This document shows positions 26,557 through 38,300 of a DNA stretch of 64,000 bases, in pieces. Below the pieces are notes generated by a model, which saw nothing but the letters and a program-made list of their open reading frames with translations, made no database searches and was not told where the DNA came from. The DNA is taken from positions 3,749,119 to 3,813,118 of the forward strand of contig CP070634.1 in the NCBI GenBank assembly GCA_020356105.1. The letters run 5' to 3'. Every line of letters starts with the position of its first letter. Position 1 is the first letter of the stretch. This DNA is from Rhodospirillales bacterium (GTDB lineage Bacteria; Pseudomonadota; Alphaproteobacteria; UBA8366; JADFVY01). The position numbers and the translations under genes were made by a program.

Positions 26557-28959
26557 GTGATTCGGATGGTCGCAGTAAGACGCCTCTGGCTTGCGGGCTT
26601 CGTGTTCTTTTTTTCCGTCTCTCCAGCGGTTGCTGACGGCTGGGTCACGGTTCACCTCTCACAGCTTCTGGGCGGCGCGTTGGCGGTCGCGGTCGGCGCG
26701 CTGGTCGGCCTCATTCTGGCGCTCCGTTCCGCGCGGCGGGCGGCTGTGGAGGCGCATGAGGACTCGCAGCGCCTGGTCGAAAGCGTGCCGGCCGGTCTCG
26801 TCCGATGGAACAACGGTTCCGCGACGTTTTCCCGACGCGCGTCGGATTTGCTCGATTTGCCCGACCCGTCCGGTCCGGTAGCGGCAGGGGACGCCGACAA
26901 GATACTCGTCGACGCGATCGACGAGAAGAACCGGGCCCGATTCGCTGAGATGCTGCAGGAGCTGCGCACCGGCGAAGCGGTGTTCGGCGATGACCTCAAC
27001 GTGGCGAACGGGTCTGCAATCAGGGTGTTCGGCGAAAGCGTCGGCGACAGTGATGTGCTCTGGATCCTCGACGCGAGCGAGAAGGCGGCGCTGTCCTCGG
27101 AACTGAGCGCCAAGACCGACGAGGCCGCGACGGTCCAGCTGTTGCTCGACCGCATACCGCTACCGATCTGGTGGCGCGACCCGGATATGAACCTCGCCGG
27201 CTGTAACCGGGCCTTTTGCGACGCGATCGACTCCGATCGCAGAACCACGCTCGCGGAGCAACGCGAGATCGCCGCCGGATATATCGAGGGCGGCGGCCGG
27301 GCGCTGGCCAGGCGGGCGGCGAAGACCGGCATGGCACAGTCGGAAAGTCATCATGTCGTGATCGGCAATTCGCGCCGCCTGCTCGAGTTCACCGAGGCGC
27401 CGCTGGGTGGTGCTAGCGGCTGCATCGGCGGTTACGCGACCGACGCGACCGCGCTCGAGGCGCTGCAGGACCAACTGGCCGATCATATCGCTGCGCATGC
27501 GGAAGTGCTGGAAAGCTTGAACAGCGCGATTGCCATATTTGGCGCCGACAAACGACTGAAATTCTTCAACACGGCCTATGCCGATCAGACGGGCATTGAT
27601 CCGGCAAAGCTGGAGGCGGAGCCAAGTCTGAGCGAGGTCCTCGAATGGCTGCGCGAACGACGGCGCCTGCCCGAAATCGTAGACTTTCCCGCATACAAGG
27701 CCGAGCGCGACCGGTGGTTCACCAGGCTGATCGAACCTTTCGAGGAACTGCATGTCCTGCCGGATCAGACGACTTACCGTTTTGTCGCGTCGCCGCATCC
27801 GTTGGGCGGTTTGATCTTCGCCATCGAGGATGTCACCGACCGCTTGGCCCTTGAGAGTTCTTACAACACGTTGATCGAGGTCCAGCGGGAAACCCTCAAC
27901 AATCTCTACGAGGGTATTGCGGTGTTCGGTGGCGACGGTCGGCTGAAGCTCTACAATTCCGGTATGATGCGCATCTGGAACCTGGCCGAGGACGAGTTGG
28001 AAGGCGGTCCGCATATCAGCGAACTCGTCGAGAAGACGCGCAAATACTTCCCCGAGACCGTGGATTGGCCCAAGCTGAAGCAGCGCATCATCCTCATGGT
28101 GACCGAGCGCCCGTCGCGCAGCGGGCGTCTGCACCGTGCCGACGACTCGGTGATACGCTACGCGGTGGTGCCGTTGCCGGACGGCAACACGCTGCTGACG
28201 CTGCTCGATATTTCGGACAGCGCACGGGTCGAGCGGGCGCTGCGCGAGCGCAACCTTGCGCTCGAGAACGCCGATCGAATCAAATCGGAATTCATCGGCA
28301 ATGTCAGCTACGAGTTGCGGACGCCGCTCAACGCAATCGTCGGTTTCACGGAAATCCTGGATAACCGCTTCTTCGGAGGCCTGACGGACCGCCAGGCGGA
28401 TTACGTCGAATGCATCCTGCAGGCCTCGACGCTGCTGATGGCACTGATCGATGATATCCTTGATCTTGCGACCATCGAGGCCGGCTATATGGCGCTTGAC
28501 GTTCAGGAGGTCGAGATCGGCAAGCTGATGAGCGGTCTTGCCGAAGTGGCGCTGGAGCGGGCGGACCAGAGCGACCTGAAAATCGAGGTCGACTGCCCGC
28601 ACGACATCGGCTCGATATATGCGGATGGGGTCCGATTGCGCCAAGCGCTGTTCAATCTGGTGTCGAATGCCATTCAGTTCACCCCGCCGGGCGGAAAGGT
28701 CACGCTGGCGGCCCGGCGCGAGGGCGAGTCGATGCTGATTATTGTCACCGATACGGGCATCGGCATCTCGGCCGAAGACCAGAAGCGAATCTTCCACAGG
28801 TTCGAGCGGGTCGACCCCAACGCGCGCGAATCCGGCGCAGGCTTGGGGCTCGCTCTGGCAAAGAGCCTGATCGAACTGCATGGCGGGACGATCGAACTTG
28901 AGAGTGCGCCGGGCGAAGGAACCAGGGCAATCTGCCGCGTTCCGGTCCGTCAGTCCTGA
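26557..28959 (+). CDS. Multi-PAS membrane sensor histidine kinase
   Basis: 800-aa ORF with N-terminal TM segments and repeated PAS-like regions. It has an H-box (FIGNVSYELRTPLNAIVGF) and an ATPase domain (GLGLALAKSLIELHGG). Confidence 0.85.
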   Translation: MIRMVAVRRLWLAGFVFFFSVSPAVADGWVTVHLSQLLGGALAVAVGALVGLILALRSARRAAVEAHEDSQRLVESVPAGLVRWNNGSATFSRRASDLLDLPDPSGPVAAGDADKILVDAIDEKNRARFAEMLQELRTGEAVFGDDLNVANGSAIRVFGESVGDSDVLWILDASEKAALSSELSAKTDEAATVQLLLDRIPLPIWWRDPDMNLAGCNRAFCDAIDSDRRTTLAEQREIAAGYIEGGGRALARRAAKTGMAQSESHHVVIGNSRRLLEFTEAPLGGASGCIGGYATDATALEALQDQLADHIAAHAEVLESLNSAIAIFGADKRLKFFNTAYADQTGIDPAKLEAEPSLSEVLEWLRERRRLPEIVDFPAYKAERDRWFTRLIEPFEELHVLPDQTTYRFVASPHPLGGLIFAIEDVTDRLALESSYNTLIEVQRETLNNLYEGIAVFGGDGRLKLYNSGMMRIWNLAEDELEGGPHISELVEKTRKYFPETVDWPKLKQRIILMVTERPSRSGRLHRADDSVIRYAVVPLPDGNTLLTLLDISDSARVERALRERNLALENADRIKSEFIGNVSYELRTPLNAIVGFTEILDNRFFGGLTDRQADYVECILQASTLLMALIDDILDLATIEAGYMALDVQEVEIGKLMSGLAEVALERADQSDLKIEVDCPHDIGSIYADGVRLRQALFNLVSNAIQFTPPGGKVTLAARREGESMLIIVTDTGIGISAEDQKRIFHRFERVDPNARESGAGLGLALAKSLIELHGGTIELESAPGEGTRAICRVPVRQS

Positions 28960-29037
28960 TCGCAACGCTGCGGCGCCGGGAGAGCGCTGCTCTGCCGTCT
29001 GGACCTTGCAGCGAGCGAGCCCCCGCCATCACGGGCC

Positions 29038-30060
29038 TCAGACCGAGGGAATGCCGCGGGTCGTCGAGTACTCGAAATGCAGCGCCTTGCCTTCGAACAC
29101 GAGGGCGTACGCCGCATGCGCCGCCGCCGCCGCCTCGGCGAAGCCCGTGAGAATCAGTTTCAGCTTGCCGGGGTAGGTGGCGACATCGCCGATCGCAAAG
29201 ACGCGGTCAATATTCGTGCGGCAACTCTGCGGGTCGACGGCGATATGGTGACGGTCGAGGTTTAGACCCCATTCGGCGATGGGCCCAAGCGACATCGACA
29301 GGCCGTAGAAGGGCAGCAAAGCGTCAGCCTCGATGCGGTGGGTGTTGCCGTCCAGATCGGCGACGACAACCGCTTCGAGCCGGCCGTCGGAGCCCTCCAG
29401 GCCCGCCAGCTGGAACGGAACGACGAGGTCGATGCGGCCCTCTCGCGCGAGCGCTTGCAGGCGGCCGGCGCTGTCCGGGGCGGCACGGAACTTGGCGCGT
29501 CGGTGCACGACGCTCACCCTCGACGCGATGTCCACCAGGGTCAGCGCCCAGTCCACCGCCGAGTCGCCACCACCGGCGACCACGACCCGCTTGCCGGCGA
29601 AATCCTGCGGGCGCTGCACCATGTAATGCACGGACTTGCCTTCGAAGCTCTCGATTCCCGGCAGTGGCGGCCGGTTGGGACCGAATGCCCCGGCGCCGGC
29701 AGCGATCACAACGACGCGGGCGTCGATCTGCGTTCCGGTCGAGGTCTCCAACCGCCATGTCCTTCCATCGTCGCTTCGCTTGAGGCCGACGACCTGTTGT
29801 CCGAAGTGATACACGGGGTTGAAGGGCTTGGCCTGCGCCCGCAGCCGCTCGACCAACTCGGCCGCGGCGATCTCTGGGAAGCCGGGAATGTCGTAAATCG
29901 GTTTCTCCGGATACAGAGCGGTACACTGGCCGCCGGGCAATTCCAGCGTGTCGACGACATGCGCCGACATTCCCAACATGCCGAACTCGAACACGGCGAA
30001 CAGACCGACGGGTCCCGCACCGACGATCGCCACCTCGGTTCTGTGGAGATGTTCTGTCAT
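29038..30060 (-). CDS. Thioredoxin-reductase-like ferredoxin-NADP(+) reductase
   Basis: ATG at 30060 after ggaga. VAIVGAGPVGLFAVFEFGMLG and GGQCTALYPEKPIYDIPGFP are typical of TrxR-type FNR. The track ORF is 5'-extended. Confidence 0.85.
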   Translation of the reverse strand: MTEHLHRTEVAIVGAGPVGLFAVFEFGMLGMSAHVVDTLELPGGQCTALYPEKPIYDIPGFPEIAAAELVERLRAQAKPFNPVYHFGQQVVGLKRSDDGRTWRLETSTGTQIDARVVVIAAGAGAFGPNRPPLPGIESFEGKSVHYMVQRPQDFAGKRVVVAGGGDSAVDWALTLVDIASRVSVVHRRAKFRAAPDSAGRLQALAREGRIDLVVPFQLAGLEGSDGRLEAVVVADLDGNTHRIEADALLPFYGLSMSLGPIAEWGLNLDRHHIAVDPQSCRTNIDRVFAIGDVATYPGKLKLILTGFAEAAAAAHAAYALVFEGKALHFEYSTTRGIPSV

Positions 30061-30186
30061 GGCTTCTCCGCGCACGGCCATAGCACGCCGAGTCGCCTTA
30101 CACCAACATAACCTTGCCATGCAGCCACCGGGCCGACACGCTGCGACGCGGTTGCGGGGCACGCAGCGCTTGGGTACAAACCGCGC

Positions 30187-30672
30187 ATGGCCCCCGCCGC
30201 CGATTCAGGTACGCTGACCGTGGCGCTTGCGGACCCGGACGCCACCGCGCGCCTCGCGGTTGCGCTGGCTGGACTGCTGCGAGCGGGCGACGTTGTAGCG
30301 CTTTACGGAGACCTTGGATCCGGGAAGACGACCTTCGCCCGTGCCCTGATCCGGGCGTTGACCGGAGAGACGGAGGACGTTCCAAGCCCGACTTTCACCC
30401 TGGTCCAGAGCTATACGGCGCCAGCGTTCGAGATTTGGCATTTCGACCTCTACCGTCTAGACAGACCGGAGGATGCTGTGGAGCTGGGGATCGAGGAGGC
30501 GATGGCGGAGGGCGTGACACTGATCGAATGGCCCGCGCGACTCGGGGCCTGGCTGCCGGCACGGCGTCTTGAAGTGCGATTGGCCTATGCCGACGCGGAC
30601 ACCGCACGGATTGCGACACTGGCCGGGACCGGCGACTGGCCCGAACGCCTGCGGGAGCTCGCCGATGGATAG
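30187..30672 (+). CDS. tsaE: tRNA t6A37 biosynthesis ATPase TsaE
   Basis: 161-aa ORF. LYGDLGSGKTTFARALIRAL and HFDLYRL are TsaE signatures. Confidence 0.85.
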   Translation: MAPAADSGTLTVALADPDATARLAVALAGLLRAGDVVALYGDLGSGKTTFARALIRALTGETEDVPSPTFTLVQSYTAPAFEIWHFDLYRLDRPEDAVELGIEEAMAEGVTLIEWPARLGAWLPARRLEVRLAYADADTARIATLAGTGDWPERLRELADG

Positions 30673-31681
30673 CCGTGCGGCGCTGATCGATGCTTTTCTT
30701 GCCGACGCGGGCTGGGGCGAGGCCACGCGCACGGTGCTGGCCGGCGATGCGTCGTTCCGCCGTTACGACCGTTTGTGCCATGGCGAAGAGCGGGCTGTGC
30801 TGATGGACGCGCCGCCGCCGATGGAGGATATTCGGCCGTTCATGCGCATCGATCGTCTGCTCTGTCGGCTGGGTTTCAGCGCACCGCGGATTGCCGCCGC
30901 GGATGCCGACGCTGGTCTGTTGCTGCTGGAGGATTTTGGCGACGATACCTATACCCGAGTTCTCGCGCAGGGCGGGGATGAGAGGGCGTTGTATGCCCTC
31001 GCGCTCGACCTGCTGATCGAACTGCATCGGCGGTCCGGCGGTTGTGACCCGGAAGTCGAGGGCATCCAGCCATACGACGATGCGGCCCTCCTCGACGAGG
31101 CGACGCTGCTGACCGACTGGTACATGCCGGCGGTGTTTGGTCAAGACACGGTGGCCGCCGCGCGCGATGACTATTGCGCTTTGTGGATCGAACTGTGGCG
31201 CCATTGCCGGGGGGTTCCGGATTGTCTCGTCCTGCGCGATTATCATGTCGACAACCTGATGTGGCTGCCCGACCGTCCCGGGATCGAGGCTTGCGGGCTG
31301 CTCGATTTCCAGGACGCCCGATGGGGGCCGATCACATACGATCTGGTTTCCCTGTTCGAGGATGCGCGCCGCGACGTGCAGGCAACCCTGACGCGAGACC
31401 TGTTGGCCCGCTACCGTGCGGCTTTCCCGAGCCTCGACCCGGAGGCCTTCGCGGCGTCCTACGCGTTGTGGGGCGCGCAGCGCAGTGCCAAGATCCTCGG
31501 CATCTTCACCAGGCTCGACCGGCGCGACGGGAAGGCCGGCTATCTCCGGCACATACCTCGGGTCTGGCGCTGGCTCGAAGGTGATCTTGCCCATCCGTCC
31601 CTCGCGCCGCTCCGCGACTGGTTCGATCGCGTAGTACCGCCGGCGAGACGGATTGTGCCCGAGGCCAGGGGGCGACGATGA
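30665..31681 (+). CDS. Aminoglycoside-phosphotransferase-fold kinase (AmgK-like anomeric MurNAc/GlcNAc kinase family)
   Basis: ATG at 30665. LAGDASFRRYDRL and LVLRDYHVDNLMWL..LLDFQDA are kinase-fold motifs. The conserved position between tsaE and a MurU-like gene supports the call. Confidence 0.7.
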   Translation: MDSRAALIDAFLADAGWGEATRTVLAGDASFRRYDRLCHGEERAVLMDAPPPMEDIRPFMRIDRLLCRLGFSAPRIAAADADAGLLLLEDFGDDTYTRVLAQGGDERALYALALDLLIELHRRSGGCDPEVEGIQPYDDAALLDEATLLTDWYMPAVFGQDTVAAARDDYCALWIELWRHCRGVPDCLVLRDYHVDNLMWLPDRPGIEACGLLDFQDARWGPITYDLVSLFEDARRDVQATLTRDLLARYRAAFPSLDPEAFAASYALWGAQRSAKILGIFTRLDRRDGKAGYLRHIPRVWRWLEGDLAHPSLAPLRDWFDRVVPPARRIVPEARGRR

Positions 31682-32421
31682 GCGAGGCGCGCATCGATGC
31701 GGCGATGGTGCTGGCCGCCGGCCTCGGCCTGCGGATGCGCCCTCTGACGGACGAACGACCAAAGCCGCTGGTCGAGCTGGCCGGGCGAACCCTGCTGGAT
31801 CGTGCACTCGATCGTCTGAGTGCCGCCGCGGTCAGCCGCATCGTCGTGAACAGTCACTACAAGGGCGAGATGATCGCCGCACATCTCGATGGTCGACCCG
31901 ACATCGTCCTGACGCCGGAGGAGGTCCTGCTGGAAACCGGCGGCGGCGTCAAGGCGGCGCTGCCGCATCTCGGCGACGGTCCCTTCTATGTCGTGAACTC
32001 CGATGCCGTATGGCGCGATGGCCCGACGCCGACGCTGGAACGCCTTGCCGCGCATTGGAACGATGGGGCGATGGATGCCCTCTTGCTGCTGGTGCCGACT
32101 CCCACCATCATCGGCGCCACCGTCAACGATCGGGGCGACTACTATCTGGAACCGGACGGAAGGGCGCGGCGTCGTGTCGAGGGCGAGATCGCGCCCTTCC
32201 TGTTCGGTGGTGTCCAGATTCTTCACCCGCGCCTGTTCGAAGCCGCGCCCGAGGGGCCTTTTTCCCTTAATCTGCTTTATGACCAAGCGCAGGGCGCGGG
32301 GCGGCTTTATGGCATGCGGCACGATGGCGAATGGTATCACGTGGGCACGCCCGGTGATCTGGTTGCGGCCGAGTCGGAGCTGGGCAACGGCCGGAGCGCG
32401 GAGCGGCCGCCGAGATGGTAA
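31678..32421 (+). CDS. Sugar-phosphate nucleotidyltransferase (MurU-like)
   Basis: 247-aa ORF. AMVLAAGLGLRMRPLTDERPKPLV is the nucleotidyltransferase motif. It has an ATGA overlap with the upstream kinase. Confidence 0.75.
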   Translation: MSEARIDAAMVLAAGLGLRMRPLTDERPKPLVELAGRTLLDRALDRLSAAAVSRIVVNSHYKGEMIAAHLDGRPDIVLTPEEVLLETGGGVKAALPHLGDGPFYVVNSDAVWRDGPTPTLERLAAHWNDGAMDALLLLVPTPTIIGATVNDRGDYYLEPDGRARRRVEGEIAPFLFGGVQILHPRLFEAAPEGPFSLNLLYDQAQGAGRLYGMRHDGEWYHVGTPGDLVAAESELGNGRSAERPPRW

Positions 32422-35387
32422 CCCGCGGTCGCGTCCTGACCATCGCGCCCCGGGTGCCTTTTCTCGACGCCCTCGCGGCAGGGCTGCTGCACGAGACCCG
32501 ACATGCCCCGGAGTCCCTGGCCGATTGCCTGATCCTGGTGCCGACGCGCCGTGCCTGCCGTTCGCTGGCAGAGGCGTTTCTGAGGGTGAGCGACGGCCGG
32601 CCGTTGCTGCTGCCCGATATCCGGCCGCTTGGCGGTGACGATGACGAAACGGTAACGCTGCGATTGTTGGCGGACGACACCGATCTCGCGTTGCCACCCG
32701 AGATCCCTCGATGGCACCGGGAGCTTCTGCTGACCCGCCTGATCATGGAATGGCGGAAGCGCGACGAAGGTATCCAGGCTGATCAGGCGCTCTCCCTCGC
32801 CCGGGAGCTGGCCCGCCTGCTCGATCAAATCCAGACCGAGCGGCTGGACACGCAGGCGCTTGAACATCTCGCGCCGGAGCAGTTCGCTGAACACTGGCAG
32901 GATGTCCTGGAATTTCTGGCCATCGTGACCGAAAGCTGGCCGGGCATACTCGCCGACGAAGACTGTATCGATCCGGCCGACCGCCGCAACCGTCTTCTCG
33001 AAGCGCAGGCAGAACGGTGGCGCGCCGTGCCGCCGCAAACCCCTGTCGTCGCCGCCGGTTCCACCGGCAGCATCCCGGCGACGGCCGAGCTGTTGTCGGT
33101 GATCGCCCAATTGCCGCACGGACGGATCGTTCTCCCGGGGCTTGACCGAAGCATCGACGAGGTTTCGCTCAAGGCGGCGCTGGACGAGGCCACGCATCCG
33201 CAATACGGGATGTTGCGGTTGCTGCGGCGACTCGGCGTCAACCCGTCCGAGGTGCGGGAGTGGGATGCCGGACCGGGCGGGCCGGCCCCGTCCAGCCCGC
33301 CGGAGCGCACGGCGCTTGCGATCGAAGCATTGCGTCCGACGGCCACTACGGACGCTTGGCGCGCGCTCGCCACGCCGCCCGATCGGGCGCTGGAGGGTGT
33401 CGAACGGGTCGATTGCGCGAACGAGGCGGAGGAGGCAGGCGTCGTCGCGCTGATATTGCGCCATGCGCTCGAGGTGCCGGACCGGACCGCGGCACTTGTC
33501 ACGCGGGACTCCAGCCTGTCGCGTCGTGTCGCTGCGGAACTCGCGCGCTGGGATATCGAGATCGACGATTCCGCGGGACAGCCGATCATGGAGACGCCGC
33601 CGGGGCTCTACCTTCGGCATGTGGTGCGCGCGGCGGCGGCCGAACTGTCGCCGGTCAGTCTTCTCGCATTGCTCAAGCATCCCTTCGCGAGCGGCGGGAT
33701 GGATCGCCAGGCGTTTCGCCACCTTGTACGAGATTTTGAACGACGGATACTTCGCGGACCGCGACCGGCACCCGGCATCGCCGGCCTGCGCGCGTGCCTG
33801 GCGGCCAGCGATACGGCCGGGGCAGCCATCGCTCCCCTTCTCGATGTGCTGGAGGCGCGGCTCGCGCGGTTGTCCGACGCCTTGATGGACGATGCGGCAT
33901 CGTTGGCATCCCTGATCGACCTGCATCTGGTCGCCGCGGAAGCTCTCGCGGACGACGATGCGCAGGCGGGGGCCGACAAGGTCTGGCGTGGCGAGGACGG
34001 CGAACAGCTTGCCCGTTCGATCGCGGAATTGCGCGACGCGGCGAGAACCATCGGCACTGTCGCCGGTCCGGGATACGCGCCGCTGTTCGAAGCGCTGATG
34101 GCCGAGGTGCGCTTCCGGCCGCGCTACGGGCTGCATCCGCGGCTGCATATCTGGGGCCCGCTCGAGGCCCGGCTTCTGCATGCCGATCTGATGGTTCTGG
34201 GCGGTCTCAACGAACGCTCCTGGCCGCCCGATCCGGACAACGACCCGTGGATGAGCCGGCCGATGCGCGCGCGTTTCGGCTTGCCGCCGCGCGAATGGAA
34301 GATCGGCCTGGCGGCACATGATTTCGCGCAAGCCTTCGCGGCCCCCCGGGTGGTGCTGGTACGCGCGGCAAAGTCAGAGGGCGCGCCGACCGTGCCATCT
34401 CGCTGGCTGAGCCGGCTGCAGACCGTTCTTGAAAGCGTTGGTCGCGGCGATGCTCTGTCGCCGTCCAGACCGTGGATCGGACTGTACCGCGGGCTTTCCA
34501 ACCCGAGCCAGGCGAAACGGATCGATCCGCCGGCCCCCCGGCCGCCGGTCGCGGCGCGGCCGCGCACGCTTTCGGTGACGCGGATCGAAACCTGGATGCG
34601 CGAACCGTACGCGATCTATGCGGAGAGGATACTGAACCTGCGTCCGCTCGACCCGCTGGAGGCCGATCCCGGCGCCGCCGAGCGCGGCAGCTTCATTCAT
34701 GAGGCGCTGGACCGGTTCGTCCGCGAGCACCCGGGTCCGCTACCCGCCGACTCATTGGCACATCTGACCAGCTGCGGCGAGGCCGCCTTTGGCGCAGCCC
34801 TGACCCGGCCCGCCGTGCGCGCCGTCTGGTGGCCGCGCTTCCTGCGTGTCGCCGCCTGGTTCCTCGACGTCGAGAGAGCACGTCGTGCCGGCGAGATCAG
34901 CGTGCCAAGATCCGAGATCGCCGGCCGAATCGAGATCGCCGGCCCGGCCGGACCGTTCGTCCTCACCGCGAAGGCGGACCGCATTGACAGCCTCGCCGCG
35001 GGTGGTTTCGTCATCATCGACTACAAGACCGGTACGCCGCCGAGCCAACGGCTGGTGCAGTTGGGACTCGCGCCGCAACTGGCGCTCGAGGCTCTGATCC
35101 TCTCGCAAGGCGGATTCGAGGGTTTACCGGCGGGAAACGCCGAGTTGCTGGCCTATTGGCGGCTTTCGGGCGGCGAGCCGCCCGGTGAAATCGTGCCGGT
35201 CAAGGCCGGGCCGCAGGCGCTGCTCGAAGCGGCGGGCGAGGGTCTCGCCCGCTTGGTGAGCGCCTTTGACAGGCCCGAAACCCCTTACCATGCAGCCCCC
35301 CGACCGGACCATCCGGCGCCCTACAATGTCTATGAACATCTCGCACGGACCCTGGAATGGTCGACGGGCGGCAGGGGCGAGACATGA
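32415..35387 (+). CDS. addB: Double-strand break repair protein AddB
   Basis: 990-aa ORF. It is paired with addA and has a C-terminal PD-(D/E)xK nuclease region (GRIDRID..IIDYKTG). Confidence 0.9.
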   Translation: MVTRGRVLTIAPRVPFLDALAAGLLHETRHAPESLADCLILVPTRRACRSLAEAFLRVSDGRPLLLPDIRPLGGDDDETVTLRLLADDTDLALPPEIPRWHRELLLTRLIMEWRKRDEGIQADQALSLARELARLLDQIQTERLDTQALEHLAPEQFAEHWQDVLEFLAIVTESWPGILADEDCIDPADRRNRLLEAQAERWRAVPPQTPVVAAGSTGSIPATAELLSVIAQLPHGRIVLPGLDRSIDEVSLKAALDEATHPQYGMLRLLRRLGVNPSEVREWDAGPGGPAPSSPPERTALAIEALRPTATTDAWRALATPPDRALEGVERVDCANEAEEAGVVALILRHALEVPDRTAALVTRDSSLSRRVAAELARWDIEIDDSAGQPIMETPPGLYLRHVVRAAAAELSPVSLLALLKHPFASGGMDRQAFRHLVRDFERRILRGPRPAPGIAGLRACLAASDTAGAAIAPLLDVLEARLARLSDALMDDAASLASLIDLHLVAAEALADDDAQAGADKVWRGEDGEQLARSIAELRDAARTIGTVAGPGYAPLFEALMAEVRFRPRYGLHPRLHIWGPLEARLLHADLMVLGGLNERSWPPDPDNDPWMSRPMRARFGLPPREWKIGLAAHDFAQAFAAPRVVLVRAAKSEGAPTVPSRWLSRLQTVLESVGRGDALSPSRPWIGLYRGLSNPSQAKRIDPPAPRPPVAARPRTLSVTRIETWMREPYAIYAERILNLRPLDPLEADPGAAERGSFIHEALDRFVREHPGPLPADSLAHLTSCGEAAFGAALTRPAVRAVWWPRFLRVAAWFLDVERARRAGEISVPRSEIAGRIEIAGPAGPFVLTAKADRIDSLAAGGFVIIDYKTGTPPSQRLVQLGLAPQLALEALILSQGGFEGLPAGNAELLAYWRLSGGEPPGEIVPVKAGPQALLEAAGEGLARLVSAFDRPETPYHAAPRPDHPAPYNVYEHLARTLEWSTGGRGET

Positions 35388-38300
35388 GCGCCGCCGTCGT
35401 CGGCATGCGGCGGCCGGATGCCCAACAACGCGCCGCCGCCGATCCGCGGGCCAGCGTCTGGGTCTCGGCGTCGGCCGGCAGCGGCAAGACCAAAGTCTTG
35501 ACCGACCGCGTTCTTGCGCTGCTGCTGGAGGGAACGCCGCCGCAACATATCCTTTGCCTTACGTTCACCCGGGCGGCGGCGTCCGAAATGGCCAATCGCG
35601 TGACCGACACGCTGAGGCGCTGGGCGATCGTGGAAGAGGAAAAGCTGCGGTCCGCGCTTGAGGACCTGACGGGGATAACACCCGATGACGAGAAAATGGT
35701 CGAGGCCCGGCGTCTGCTGGCAAGAGTTTTGGATGTGCCGGGCGGGCTGAAGATCCAGACGATACATGCTTTTTGCGAGTCGCTGCTCGGGCGATTCCCT
35801 GTCGAGGCCGGTCTGGCGCCCCACTTCCAGGTCGTGGACGAGCGCAGCGCCGTCGAGATGATCGGGGTTGCCCGCGATGCCGTGCTGGCGCGCAGTGAAC
35901 ATGATCCTCCGCTGCAAGATGCACTGAACATCGTCACACGCTACGTTGACGAAATCAGGTTCGCCGAACTGATGACGGCGCTCAGCGGAGAGCGTCACCG
36001 CCTCGAGCGGCTGTTGGACCGGCACCGCGACGTCACCGGTGCGACAGCGGCGATCCGGGCGCGCCTCGAATTGCGTGACGGCGACAGCGGATCGACGATT
36101 ATTGCTGCCGCGGTCCGTGAGGATGCATTCGACCGGGCGGCCCTGACTGGCGCGGCGCAGGCCCTTCTGGGAAGTCCGGGGAGCACGGACCAGGCTCGTG
36201 GCCGAACGATCTCCGAGTGGTTGGCGGCCGACGCGACGGAACGTGCCAGCGGGTTTCAAGGGTATGCGGCGGCCTATCTGACCACCCAGGGCGAACTTCG
36301 CGCGGGGAGCCGGATCGCGACCAAGGCGGTGCGCGAGGTCCTTCCCGAGGTCGTCGACATTCTTCATGCCGAGGGGAATCGTCTGATCCGGGTGAAGGAC
36401 CGGCTGCGCGCCGTGGTCACCGCCGAGGCGACGGCTGCGTTGATCGAACTCGGCGATGCGTTGATTGCCGCCTATACCGCGGCCAAGCGATCGATCGCGC
36501 GGCTCGATTACGACGACCTGATCCTGCTGGCCGGCAATCTGCTCAAGAAACCGGATATCGCACCGTGGGTCCTGTTCAAGCTGGACGGCGGTATTGACCA
36601 TATCCTCATCGACGAGGCCCAGGATACGAGCCCCCAGCAATGGGATGTCGTCGCCAGGCTGGCCGAGGAGTTCTTTGCCGGCGAGGGGGGCCGCGACGTG
36701 CCGCGAACAATCTTCGCCGTCGGCGACGCCAAGCAGTCGATCTACAGCTTTCAGCATGCCGACGCCGAGGAGTTTCGGCGCATGCGGGCGTATTTCTCGC
36801 AGCGCGTGAACGACAGCGGGGCAGTCTGGCGGTCGGTGGAACTCGACGTTTCCTTCCGATCGACCGAAGCAGTCCTGGAGGCGGTGGATCAGGTGTTCGC
36901 GACAGAGCAAGCCGCGCACGGTGTCGTGGAGCCCGGTGCGACCCTTCGGCATTTCGCGAATCGAAGCGGCCATGCAGGATTGGTGGAGTTGTGGCCGCCG
37001 GTCGTGCCGCGCGCCACGCAAGACGAGACGGAGTGGAGCCCGCCCGTCGAGCGTCGCGCCGGAGACGATCCGAGAGGTCGATTGGCACGCCTGCTGGCCC
37101 AGCGGATCAGCAGTTGGATCGGCACGGAAACCCTCGAATCGAGGGGCCGCAAAGTGCGGGCCGGGGACATCATGATATTGGTGCGCACGCGAACCAGCCT
37201 TGTCGAGATGCTGGTCCGAAGCCTTAAGGATTGCGGCGTGTCGGTGTCCGGCATCGATCGGATGGTGCTGAGCGACCAGATTGCGGTGATGGACTTGATC
37301 GCGCTCGGCCGGTTTCTGCTGTTGCCGGAAGACGACCTGACCCTGGCCACGGTACTCAAGGGGCCGTTCGTGGGCCTCAATGACGAGGATCTGTTCGAAC
37401 TGGCCTGGGGCCGGGGCAACCATACCGTCTGGCAGCGGCTTAACGCAGCGGCGATCGAGGATGCGCGGCTGCGGGCGATCCGCGACTGGCTCGGGGAGCT
37501 GCTCGCCGCGGTCGATTTCAGGCGACCCTACGAGCTTTACGTGCACATTCTGACGAGCCCCGTTCCGGCCGGCGCCGATGGTCGACACTGCATGCTCTCT
37601 CGACTCGGCCTTGACGCGGATGATCCGATCGATGAGTTCCTCAACCTGGCCTTGGCGTTCGAGCGCGGTCACGCGGGATCGCTGGAGGGATTTCTCCATT
37701 GGGTCGAAGCCGGCGAGGTGACGGTGAAACGGGATCTGGAGCAAGCCGGTCGCGACGAAGTGCGGGTGATGACGGTGCACGGTGCCAAGGGCCTGCAGGC
37801 ACCGATCGTCATCTTGCCAGATACGATGTCCAAGCCGCGAAATGCGGGGACGATTCTGTGGGACGGTGATGTGCCGTTATGGTCGCCGGGAGTGGCATAT
37901 CGGGATCCGCATTGGAAAGAGCTGTTGCAGGCCCAGAAATCGGATGCGGACGATGAATACCGTCGGCTCCTCTATGTTGCGATGACCCGAGCGGAGGATC
38001 GGCTTTATGTTTGCGGCGTCGAGGGCAAGAAAGCGCCGCCCGAGGATTGCTGGTACCATCTGGTGCGCCAAGGACTGAGCGGATGCGCGGAGCCGGTTTC
38101 CATGTCGTTCCGGCCGTCCGACGCAGAGGCATTCACCGGCACGGGCCTGCGACTTGCCGGCTCGCAGCGCGTCCCGTCCGAGCCCGACGGGCCCGCGAGC
38201 GGAGCCCGGCAGGACCCGCTCCCGCCGGAGTCCTGGATGCTGCGGGCCGCGCCGCGTGAAGCGCGACCCCCGAAACCGCTGGCACCGTCACGCAGTGCTG